DNA of 64,000 nt from the NCBI GenBank assembly GCA_965197645.1, contig OZ240219.1, positions 480,001 through 544,000 on the forward strand, given 5' to 3'. The notes beneath the pieces were generated by a model. That model was not told where the DNA came from and did not search any database. It was given only the letters and a program-made list of their open reading frames with translations. Shown piece by piece: positions 9,950-18,536 of the stretch (position 1 is the stretch's first letter; every line of letters starts with the position of its first letter). A program made the position numbers and the translations under genes. Source of the stretch: Dehalococcoidia bacterium (GTDB taxonomy: Bacteria > Chloroflexota > Dehalococcoidia > Plut-88900).

Positions 9950-10279
9950 ACTCGGTTCTTTCCTCCCCTACCTGTGGGCAATGTTAGCCGACTTGTCAAA
10001 CGCGAGCGCCAACGCCTCTCCTCCGAGGGCAATCGCCGTAACATTATAACGCAAACCAGTAATTACGGATAATCCTTTTTTTTGAACCCTATAACAAGCT
10101 TCTATCCTGAGACTGCCTGAGGCCCCCGGTGAAGGGAATTCGTCCCTTTCCACGCTCCGTGGTTCTCCAGCCCATGAATGATAGGTGTGGGTTCGGGCTA
10201 CCAACCAGCTGCCGACAGACTCCTCTTCGTAGACAGAATGAAAGCAACTGAGCTTGTCTCATAAAGTACGGACGTCTTA

Positions 10280-10388
10280 GTCCCAACCACCCGCCCTCGG
10301 AAGGTTTTGTAGCTGGGGGAACATCCCCCAGGCCCCCGCCGGAGGGAAGTTTCCCTCTGGACTCTCTCAAAGCAGGGTTCTGAGACAG
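10280..10388 (-). repeat. REP/MITE-like hairpin repeat, family A copy
   Basis: reverse complement aligns with 2541-2709. Confidence 0.75.
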
Positions 10389-10492
10389 GCTCAACTCGAA
10401 AGAAGTAGGTAATCAGGGGAAGTATCGCTATCAGATGGAGGTATCCGTCCGGGCATGCCCAGTGTGGATAGGCCAGGGTTGTTGCAAAGGCG

Positions 10493-11443
10493 TTAGGTCT
10501 TGGGGACCCGTTCCAGTTTCTGGAAGGTCCTCATATGCTGGGGCGGGTCTCGGTGCTTGCCCACCATATTCCAGGACACCTCTGCCACGTAGACATCGCC
10601 ATGGGAGTCGGTAGCGATGCCGTGGGGCGCTACAAACTCTCCTTCGCCCTCGCCCAGCGTTGGCTCCCCGACACGAGTCACCAGGTCTCCGCCCAGAGTG
10701 TAGACGCTCACCCGGTGCCCCACGTCGGGAGCATCCACGAAGTAGGCCTCACCCATGAGCTCGGCTATGTAGAGGTTGCCGTCCGGGGCCAGCGAGATGC
10801 CGGCCGGCTTCCAGATATCGTGCCATATGTGCTGAAGCTTCCCGTCGGTGTCGAAGACCTGGATGCGATGGTTCTCTCGGTCGGCCACGTACACGTTGTC
10901 GTCCTTGTCAACCTCGATGTTGTGGGGAATGACGAACTGGCCCGGATCGATACCCGATGATCCCCACGACATGATGTGCTCTCCCTCCGGCGAGTACTTG
11001 TGCACCCGGGAGTTTCCGTAGCCGTCCGAAACGAACAGGTCTCCCGTTCTGGAGGATACGGCCAGATGGGTAGGCTGGTTGAACTCGTCGCCGCTCCACC
11101 TTGGCGCCGGGTTGTTGGCCGAACCCAAAGTGAGAAGCAGCCTGCCATCCGGGGTGAACTTTCGGACCGTGTGGTCTCCCATATCGGCGCAGTAGATCGA
11201 GTCATCGGGGCCGGTGCTGATGCCGTGCGGGAACCCGAAGACGCCTTCACCCCAGGAATCGACCACGTTGCCGTCCCTATCGAAAACGATGACGGGATGG
11301 TCCCCTCTGGTGAACACGTAGACCCTGTCTTTGGAGTCCACCGCCACCCCGGCGCACTCCAGGAAGGACCACCCTTCCGGCAGCTTCTCCCAACCTTCGA
11401 CAGCTTTGAAGGAGACCTGGTCTGCGCTCAGTAGTGTAGTCAT
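10493..11443 (-). CDS. NHL-repeat beta-propeller, peptidyl-alpha-hydroxyglycine alpha-amidating lyase-like
   Basis: FPHGI, FNQPTHLAV, SDGYGNSRVHKY, PHNI, VADRENHRIQVF repeats. Confidence 0.88.
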   Translation of the reverse strand: MTTLLSADQVSFKAVEGWEKLPEGWSFLECAGVAVDSKDRVYVFTRGDHPVIVFDRDGNVVDSWGEGVFGFPHGISTGPDDSIYCADMGDHTVRKFTPDGRLLLTLGSANNPAPRWSGDEFNQPTHLAVSSRTGDLFVSDGYGNSRVHKYSPEGEHIMSWGSSGIDPGQFVIPHNIEVDKDDNVYVADRENHRIQVFDTDGKLQHIWHDIWKPAGISLAPDGNLYIAELMGEAYFVDAPDVGHRVSVYTLGGDLVTRVGEPTLGEGEGEFVAPHGIATDSHGDVYVAEVSWNMVGKHRDPPQHMRTFQKLERVPKT

Positions 11444-11547
11444 GTCTCTCTCCCCTCGCCGATACTGCGGAACGGAACGAAATGGACTGCAGGCGCTTAC
11501 TATACTTGAGAACCGGGCGACGGCGCCACAATCTCCCCTCGAAATCG

Positions 11548-11627
11548 CTAAGGTCTACCTAAGGTCTAGCTATTGACACACTATCCGTCCCAATCTACAA
11601 TTGCCCTACATCTAAGAATATGCTTAG
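11548..11627 (+). promoter_or_regulatory. sigma70 promoter with upstream direct repeat and downstream palindrome
   Basis: CTAAGGTCTA twice (11548-57, 11559-68); TTGACA 11573-78, 17 bp, TACAAT 11596-601; CTAAG-N6-CTTAG 11612-27. Confidence 0.7.
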
Positions 11628-11656
11628 GTGCTTATCCAGCAGGAAGAGGTGGCCAT

Positions 11657-12748
11657 ATGACGATGTCTACAGAGTCCACTAAACCGACTCCCAAATACGG
11701 TGAGGACTACGAGCCTGGTCTGGACTGGATGGACAAGCGGGGCGAGTGGGGCATGAAGGCCCAGCCGAGCAAGCGGGGCCTTACCATGGAGGACATCCAG
11801 ATTGGGTCCTACGGCGAGCCGCCGGAAGAGAGTATCAATCGCTCCGGTCGTCCCAGAGGCTCCGTGGCTCGAGAGGGCGGATACCGAAGCGGCAACTACT
11901 CCATCACCTCCAAGCAGGACATCTGGCTGAAGAACGCGGCCGGCCTGTACGAAGAGGCGCTTCAGAGGCAGTGGAGCTCCGCCACCGATATCCCATGGGA
12001 GACCATCAAGCCCCTGCCCGACGACGTCGAAAGGGCGGCGAGCCAGTTCAACACCTTCCTCAGCGACATCGAGTTCGTGGCGGCGGACGTACCGGGCAAA
12101 TGGGTGGCCAACTCCAGCCCCGACTTCCTGGAGCCCCGCATGTACCTCATGACCCAGATGGTCGACGAAGCGAGGCATCTCGACGTCTTCCGCAAGCGGG
12201 CCCTGGCCAACGGCGGCGGTCTGATGATGCGGACCCAGGACACCATGGTTGGAGGCGTCGTCAGCATCGACCACGCCCGGGACTTCTCGGAGATGTCGGC
12301 ACGCCTGCACGTCATCGGAGAAGGACCCGTGCTGACGATCTTCCGCATCGGGGAGCTGATCGCCTACAACGAGGCGGAGAAGCGGATGTACCGCTTGGCC
12401 GCCCAGGACGAGTCCCGTCACGTGGCCTTCGGCGTGATGCACATGCGCTACGTGGGTGAGACCCAGCCGGAGCGGCGGGAAGAGATCCACTGCTACCTGG
12501 ACGAGGGGGAGGAATTCCTGTTCGTCGGCAGCTCCACCGCAGCCGGGGCGGGCGATACCAGCACCGAGTCGATGTCCATACTGCTGGGCGGCGGTAAGGA
12601 CAAGTATGACGAGGGCTTGAACCTCCTCATGGCGATCAACCGCCGTCAGATGAAAGAGTACATCCAGCGGGTCCACTCCGCCGGGTTCTCGGAGCGCTTC
12701 TACAACGGGCGCGCCCACCCTGAAATAGCAAAGCTAGCCCAGGAATAG
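11657..12748 (+). CDS. ferritin-like di-iron carboxylate protein, intact ligand set
   Basis: E (SDIEF), DEARH, E (IGEG), DESRH; GAGGTGG SD before ATG 11657. Confidence 0.85.
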   Translation: MTMSTESTKPTPKYGEDYEPGLDWMDKRGEWGMKAQPSKRGLTMEDIQIGSYGEPPEESINRSGRPRGSVAREGGYRSGNYSITSKQDIWLKNAAGLYEEALQRQWSSATDIPWETIKPLPDDVERAASQFNTFLSDIEFVAADVPGKWVANSSPDFLEPRMYLMTQMVDEARHLDVFRKRALANGGGLMMRTQDTMVGGVVSIDHARDFSEMSARLHVIGEGPVLTIFRIGELIAYNEAEKRMYRLAAQDESRHVAFGVMHMRYVGETQPERREEIHCYLDEGEEFLFVGSSTAAGAGDTSTESMSILLGGGKDKYDEGLNLLMAINRRQMKEYIQRVHSAGFSERFYNGRAHPEIAKLAQE

Positions 12749-12775
12749 GCCCGTCCGACACTTTCGGAAGTACTA

Positions 12776-12804
12776 CGCCGAGCCGGCTGTGAGCCGGCTC
12801 GGCG
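12776..12804 (+). other. perfect 13-bp intergenic hairpin
   Basis: CGCCGAGCCGGCT-GTG-AGCCGGCTCGGCG, no U tract. Confidence 0.7.
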
Positions 12805-12860
12805 CATACAATTAAAGAGCGCGTATCGCCTCTGTTCATCAGCCACATTGGAGATGCAGC

Positions 12861-13973
12861 ATGTCACCATCGACCCCCGATAAGTCCGGACCCAAGACAG
12901 GCACTGTAACCCGGCACCAGCGAGTGCTGAAAGAGCTTCGGGAACCAACCGAAGGGGAGCCGCTTCCGCCTCCTACCCTGGACTGGATGAACAAGAGCCT
13001 CCAGTGGGGCGTTCGGGTGAAGCCCGGCAAGAAGGGGCTCACCATGGGCTTGCTGAATGTCGGCATTTACGGAGAGATCCCTGACTTTTGGGAGGACAGG
13101 ACCCGGATGCTGCGCGGCTCCTACTCCACGGGCACATCTCCCCAGCTTCCCATCATGCTCCGCTACAAACACGAGCTATGGGCGGACAACGCCGCCGACC
13201 TGTATGAAGAGGCGATTCAACGGCGCTGGGTCCCCGCCACCGATGTTCCCTGGGCTACCCAGGAACCCCTGCCTGAAGACGTCGAGATAGCCATGTGCCA
13301 GCTCGCCACCGAGCTGTGCCAGCAGGCCAACGTGGAATCGGAGATAGTCGGTACCTGGCTCCAGCACATGTCCTACGGCTACCACGAAGTGAAGATATTC
13401 CTCGCTACAGAAGTGCTGGACGCTGCCCGGCACTTCGATGCATTTCGAAAGCGGGCCCTGTCCAACGGCGGCGGCCTGGGGCTGGAAAGCCGCGGCGAGC
13501 TCAACAGGGTCATCCTACAGAGCTTCGGGGACTGGTCCGAATGCAGCCTGTTTCTCCACGTAATGCGGGGGAGCTTCGCACTGACACTCTACCGGTTCGG
13601 CGAGGCCTTCGCCCACAACCCCGCCGAGAAAGAGATGTTCAGCCGCTGCCTGCAGGACAAGGGCCGTCACATGGCCTACGCCCTCGCCCATCTGCGCTAC
13701 GCCCTCAGCAAGAAACCGGACATGAACAGGGTCTTCAATAACATCCTGGGCATCGCCGAGTCCCAGATGGCCAGGGACCTGGAAGACCCCGTCCTCGTCG
13801 AGACGTTGGCCGTAATCATGGGCGGCGGCGTGGAGGGAGTCCGCACCGGCATGAGGAAGGCTACCCACGTGCTGGGCGATTTCGTCCGGCAGTACCTGAG
13901 CAACACCAAGTATATAGGCGTCGACCGGTCCCAGAATCTCCACTCGGACCTGGCGGCCTACCTGGAGTCTTAG
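12861..13973 (+). CDS. ferritin-like paralogue with degenerate metal site
   Basis: colinear with 11657 protein (LDWM..W, LYEEA.QR.W..ATD.PW, FRKRAL.NGGGL) but DAARH and DKGRH in place of ExxH. Confidence 0.85.
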   Translation: MSPSTPDKSGPKTGTVTRHQRVLKELREPTEGEPLPPPTLDWMNKSLQWGVRVKPGKKGLTMGLLNVGIYGEIPDFWEDRTRMLRGSYSTGTSPQLPIMLRYKHELWADNAADLYEEAIQRRWVPATDVPWATQEPLPEDVEIAMCQLATELCQQANVESEIVGTWLQHMSYGYHEVKIFLATEVLDAARHFDAFRKRALSNGGGLGLESRGELNRVILQSFGDWSECSLFLHVMRGSFALTLYRFGEAFAHNPAEKEMFSRCLQDKGRHMAYALAHLRYALSKKPDMNRVFNNILGIAESQMARDLEDPVLVETLAVIMGGGVEGVRTGMRKATHVLGDFVRQYLSNTKYIGVDRSQNLHSDLAAYLES

Positions 13974-14136
13974 GCCCGAATCCTTCCCTGTCGTAGCTAC
14001 CTGGATCGACCGCGCCACACACCTGGCAGCGCGTAATCTCCCTTTGACCTAGGATCTGTTCACGCTCCCGACCTCCAATGTCATCCCTGTAGATGTTAGG
14101 TAATTCGCTGACAGATTGGAGCAGGTAGCCCTAGGA

Positions 14137-14284
14137 TGCAAAGGCCGTAGAAAGGGACGACGCAGCGTCCCTCACACCTGTCGTTCCGAACGGGATGAGG
14201 AACCTAAGACCACTGCCCTCCAAGACAACGTCGATTCATGGCGAGACGTCTTTAGATTCTTCGCTGGCGCTCGGAATGACAGCT
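14137..14284 (+). repeat. palindromic repeat, family C copy
   Basis: matches the reverse complement of 23330-23478; ends AGATTCTTCGCTGGCGCTCGGAATGAC. Confidence 0.8.
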
Positions 14285-14478
14285 AAGTTGCATCGGTGGC
14301 ATGGTCTTAATGTGAACAGGCCCAAGTCACCGACCATGCGGCGGCGGGCGCTGATGCGACTTCCGGCACTCCGAGGGCTCCCAGCTGGCCCTAACCTCCC
14401 GCACTCTTCGTTTTCACCTTGACAACAGGCACGCCTGAACCCAACATATCGGCCTGTCGGTAACATGGAAAAGACCGG

Positions 14479-15717
14479 ATGACAGCAAGAGACAGGCCTG
14501 CCTATGGCTGGGTAGTCCTGATCACCTTCACCTTCAATTACGGGGCGATCGTCATCGTCTTCATGGCCCTTGGCCTGCTCCTGCCCGACATCTCCGAGGA
14601 GCTGTCCCTGTCACCATCGCAACAGGGTTGGCTGGCTTCCTCTCTTCTGTTCGGCAACCTAATCTTCGAGATCCCCATCAGCTGGTTCCTTTCCCGTTTC
14701 AAGCCGTGGAGAGTAGCCAGCCTCGCCTTTCTCGGCGCCACGGCAATGGTCGCCGTCCAGGGCTGGTCGCCCACGTTCGCCGTGCTGCTGATAGCCCGGG
14801 TGGTTATGGGCCTCTTCTATCTGTCAACCCAGCCTCCCCGGACGTTGGTGATACTTCAGTGGCTGCCCCGCAAGATCGCCCTGGCCAACGGGGTCATGTT
14901 CGGGTTCCTGGCCATCCTCGAAGGGGCTGGGTTCATGATAGTTCCCCTGATCCTGGTGCTCCTCGGTGATTGGAGGATGACCCTCTACGTATGGGCCGGG
15001 GTATGCCTTACCGTCACCATAGGTTGGATGATTATCGGAGGCGACAAAGACACCTCCGAATATGAAACCAAGTTGGAGGCCCAGGAGAAGACCCCCATAG
15101 CCAGCATCTTTCGATACAAGGAACCGTGGCTGATGGGTCTGGGCATCGCCGGCACCATAAGCGGCAGAATGGCCTTCGATACCTTCTGGCCCACTTTTAC
15201 CGGAACCCAGTTCGGCACCGACGTCACCATCGCCGGTGTGGTCATAGGGTTGATTTCGATGGGCGGCGCCCCGGTTATGCTCATCACCACGCTGGTACCT
15301 GCCTTTTCCCGGCACAAGTCGGTGATCCTGATGACCGGAGGGGTGGCCCTTGCGGGTTCGTACGTCGGCACCCTCTTCACTGGCTCGACACTACTGCTGC
15401 TTCTGCTGGGATTGGTCAATGGCTTCGGTTTCGGTTTCTTCCCCCTGATGATTGCTTCTCTTTACAACCTTCCGGGAATAAAACCCAGAGAGGTAGCCGT
15501 TGCGGTGGCCCTGGTGTACACGCTAATGTGGGGAGGCGCCGCCCTGGGGCCTCTCATCGCTGGGTTCGTCCAGGAGGCCACCGACGATCTCAGGCTGGCC
15601 CTGTTCATAACTTCGTTGGCCCCTCTGCTGCTCACAGTATCCGCCTTTACGCTGGCGGCCGGCAAGAAGAGGGAGCTGCCAAGTCCTGGTCCCCTTCCCG
15701 CCACAAGTTCTCACTAG
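14479..15717 (+). CDS. MFS transporter
   Basis: 412 aa, about 12 hydrophobic helices, LLPDISEELSLS and GPLIAGFV motifs. Confidence 0.88.
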   Translation: MTARDRPAYGWVVLITFTFNYGAIVIVFMALGLLLPDISEELSLSPSQQGWLASSLLFGNLIFEIPISWFLSRFKPWRVASLAFLGATAMVAVQGWSPTFAVLLIARVVMGLFYLSTQPPRTLVILQWLPRKIALANGVMFGFLAILEGAGFMIVPLILVLLGDWRMTLYVWAGVCLTVTIGWMIIGGDKDTSEYETKLEAQEKTPIASIFRYKEPWLMGLGIAGTISGRMAFDTFWPTFTGTQFGTDVTIAGVVIGLISMGGAPVMLITTLVPAFSRHKSVILMTGGVALAGSYVGTLFTGSTLLLLLLGLVNGFGFGFFPLMIASLYNLPGIKPREVAVAVALVYTLMWGGAALGPLIAGFVQEATDDLRLALFITSLAPLLLTVSAFTLAAGKKRELPSPGPLPATSSH

Positions 15718-15858
15718 CCGACCCGCAGCCCCAGTTCAGGGTGTCTCCCCTGGTGCTGTAGAATCAGCCCCACCCACAAGACGGGAAAACCTTCATCACA
15801 CCCGGCAATCGAATGGAAGACCAGCGTTCAAAGTCAAATAGCTTTCAGGAGGTGAAAT

Positions 15859-16608
15859 ATGGCCAGACAATTCGATGGAAAAGCGGCCCTGGTTACCGGC
15901 GGCAGCGGGGGAATCGGCCGGGACGCCAGCCTGGCCTTTGCCAGGCAGGGAGCCAACGTAGTCGTTGCCGACGTGCTTGTTGAGAACGGCCAGGAAACCG
16001 TCGACATGATTCGCGATGGGGGCGGGCAGGCTACCTTCGTCCACGCAGACGTATCCGTGGCCAGCGAGGTAGAAGCTCTGGTCGATACGGTCGTCCAGAC
16101 CTACGGCAGCATTGATCTCGCCTTCAATAACGCCGGCATCGAAGGTTACCTGGTCCACCTGGACGAGTACACCGAGGAGATGTGGGACCGGGTGATGAAC
16201 ATCAACCTCAAGGGCGTGTGGCTGTGCATGAAGTACGAGGTCCAACGGATGATGGCCCAGGGCGGTGGGGCCATCGTCAACACATCATCCATAGCCGGCG
16301 TGAGGGGCGGAGAGAACTGGTCCGTCTACACCGCCAGCAAACACGGCGTGGCGGGCCTGACCAAGTCGGCGGCCATCGAGTACGGGCCCAAGGGTATTCG
16401 TGTCAACGCCGTCTGCCCCAGCATCATACGCACCCCGATGTACGAAAGGGCGCTGTCCGGCGAAGAAGACCATTACATCAAAGCCCACCCCTTGAAACGG
16501 CTCGGTACTCCGGAAGACGTCGCCAACGTGGTGGTCTGGCTCTGCTCCGACTCCGCGTCCTTCGTCACCGGACAGGCGTTGCTGGTGGACGGAGGTCTGC
16601 TTTCATAG
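15859..16608 (+). CDS. SDR family oxidoreductase
   Basis: TGGSGGIG, NNAGI, YTASK, RVNAVCP, VDGG. Confidence 0.93.
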   Translation: MARQFDGKAALVTGGSGGIGRDASLAFARQGANVVVADVLVENGQETVDMIRDGGGQATFVHADVSVASEVEALVDTVVQTYGSIDLAFNNAGIEGYLVHLDEYTEEMWDRVMNINLKGVWLCMKYEVQRMMAQGGGAIVNTSSIAGVRGGENWSVYTASKHGVAGLTKSAAIEYGPKGIRVNAVCPSIIRTPMYERALSGEEDHYIKAHPLKRLGTPEDVANVVVWLCSDSASFVTGQALLVDGGLLS

Positions 16609-16643
16609 TAGGCTGAGGCTTCAACCCTACACAGGAGCTGACC

Positions 16644-17279
16644 ATGCGCGACATCGTCCGAGAAGATATCGAAGAGTACGCTTTCGAGCACACCAGCCGG
16701 CTCCCACCCGTCCTGGAAGAGCTGAAAGACTACACCTACGAGAATGTTGAGTATGCCGGCATGATCTCGGACAACCTGGTGGGCAGCCTCTTGCAGTCCC
16801 TCATATTCGCCTCGGGGGCGAAGAACGTACTGGAGCTGGGGATGTTTACGGGCTTCAGCGCCCTCATGATGGCCCACGCCCTGCCCGAAGACGGAACGGT
16901 GACCACCTGCGATATCGATCCCAAGGCCGAGGAGAGGGCCCGTCCCTTCTTCGACAAAACGCCCCACGGCAAGAAGATCAACGTGCGAATCGGCCCCGCG
17001 TTGAAAACCCTCGATAAGCTGACGGGCCCCTTCGACCTCGTCTTCATCGATGCGGACAAGGGCAACTACAGCAACTACTACGAGCGTTGCCTGGGCCTGC
17101 TTTCGCCCAAGGGGGTCATAGTAGTGGACAACGTGCTGTGGTCAGGCCAGGTGCTGTCTCCCAAGACCGGAGACGACCGGGCCATCGACTCCTTCAACAA
17201 GCACGTGACGGACGACCCGAGGGTGGACAACGTCCTGCTCACCATCAGGGACGGGTTGATGCTCATTCGGAAGAAGTAG
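16644..17279 (+). CDS. O-methyltransferase (caffeoyl-CoA/catechol OMT type)
   Basis: LELGMFTGFSA, FDLVFIDADK, DNVLWSG. Confidence 0.92.
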   Translation: MRDIVREDIEEYAFEHTSRLPPVLEELKDYTYENVEYAGMISDNLVGSLLQSLIFASGAKNVLELGMFTGFSALMMAHALPEDGTVTTCDIDPKAEERARPFFDKTPHGKKINVRIGPALKTLDKLTGPFDLVFIDADKGNYSNYYERCLGLLSPKGVIVVDNVLWSGQVLSPKTGDDRAIDSFNKHVTDDPRVDNVLLTIRDGLMLIRKK

Positions 17280-18492
17280 GCTCCGATGACGAGTAGACTC
17301 TCCCCCGCCACTGCCCACCCCGCCCTCGCCAGGTGCGCACCGCAGAGTCGACCGTCATCATCGTATAGAGGGCCGCCGTCAGCGGAAGCAGCAGGGAGTA
17401 CGCTATCGATGTCTCGTACCACCTGAGCATGGGCAGGTAGCTGCCGGCCATGAGCAGGCAGGCCGCACCTCCCGCCGCGGTCAACCATATGCTCAGCCCC
17501 GGCCCCGGTCCCAGTGACAGCGCCGTTACCCCGCCTGCCAACGCCAAAGGCGGCGCCAGGTAGACCAACACCATCCCCAGGACCGCGAAAGCAAGTGCCG
17601 CCGGCGAGAACCTCAGCTGGGCGTAGGCGCTTCTCGCCACCATGTTCCAGACGGAGGACAGGCCTTCGTACCTCCGGATGCTCTTCACGTCCCGGCTGAG
17701 CCCGAGCCATATCTTTGCTCCAGCCTCATCTTTAATCAGCTTGGCCAGGGTGCAGTCGTCGATAAGAGCGTTGCGGATGTTCTCGAGACCACCTGCTCGC
17801 TCCAGAGACTCCCTCCTCACCAACATGCATCCGCCGGCCGCAGCAGCCGTAGAACGGTCGGGGTCGTTGGCCCAGCGAAAGGGGTACAGCTTGCCGAAGA
17901 AGAAAACGAAACCGGGAATCAGCAGGCGTTCCCACACCGTGTCCACGCGAAGCCGCACCATTAACGAGGTCATGTCCAGGCGCTGCCGTTGGGCCTTGAG
18001 TACCAACCGTCGGAGAGCCTGCCTCGGATAGCTGATATCAGCGTCGGTGAAGAGGATGTAGTCGGTCGGTGGCGCTTCGGACGTGGATACGCCCTGGTGC
18101 ATGGCCCACACCTTTCCGGCCCATCCCTCGGGTAGTGGCGTGCCCTGTAGTACCTGAAGCCGGTCCGCGCAGCCCGTACTCTTTGCGATTCGGGCCGCCA
18201 TCTCACCCGTTCCGTCCTGGCTGACATCGTCCACCAGCACGATGCGGTACTCTCCGGGATAGTCCTGCTGGAGAAGCGTGGGCAACGTTTCGGGCAGCGT
18301 CTCCGCCTCGTTGCGGGCCGGGACTACAATGCGAACCGTCGGCCACTCGATATGCTCGTACTTGTCCTCCTGGCCATCCTCAAATCGCTGGTCGGCCAAC
18401 CAGAACCAACCCCGCATGAACATCAACCAGAGCCAGCTCATGAGGGACACGCTAGCGACGCTACCCGCAACCCATAGTAGAATGTACACCAC
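17263..18492 (-). CDS. hpnB: hopene-associated GT2 glycosyltransferase HpnB-like
   Basis: PARNE, GWAGKVWA, FTDADI, LIPGFVFFFGKLYPFRW, AAAAGGCML, ALIDDCTLA, WNMVARSAYAQL. Confidence 0.8.
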   Translation of the reverse strand: MVYILLWVAGSVASVSLMSWLWLMFMRGWFWLADQRFEDGQEDKYEHIEWPTVRIVVPARNEAETLPETLPTLLQQDYPGEYRIVLVDDVSQDGTGEMAARIAKSTGCADRLQVLQGTPLPEGWAGKVWAMHQGVSTSEAPPTDYILFTDADISYPRQALRRLVLKAQRQRLDMTSLMVRLRVDTVWERLLIPGFVFFFGKLYPFRWANDPDRSTAAAAGGCMLVRRESLERAGGLENIRNALIDDCTLAKLIKDEAGAKIWLGLSRDVKSIRRYEGLSSVWNMVARSAYAQLRFSPAALAFAVLGMVLVYLAPPLALAGGVTALSLGPGPGLSIWLTAAGGAACLLMAGSYLPMLRWYETSIAYSLLLPLTAALYTMMTVDSAVRTWRGRGGQWRGRVYSSSEPTSSE

Positions 18493-18536
18493 GGCATCCG
18501 AATTCTATCATCGGCCCGCCGTACAGGAGGTTGTCC

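Noticed and set aside
9950-10260. SAM or cobalamin riboswitch upstream of the MetE-like gene
   Set aside because: No recognisable consensus by eye; only a TATAAT (10043-48, minus strand) and short palindromes; an Rfam scan would settle it
11624-12718. Long antisense ORF (also 796-2121, 19320-20585, 45538-46689, 52964-53911 and others)
   Set aside because: Shadow frames of GC-rich genes with no motifs; the opposite strand has clear family signatures
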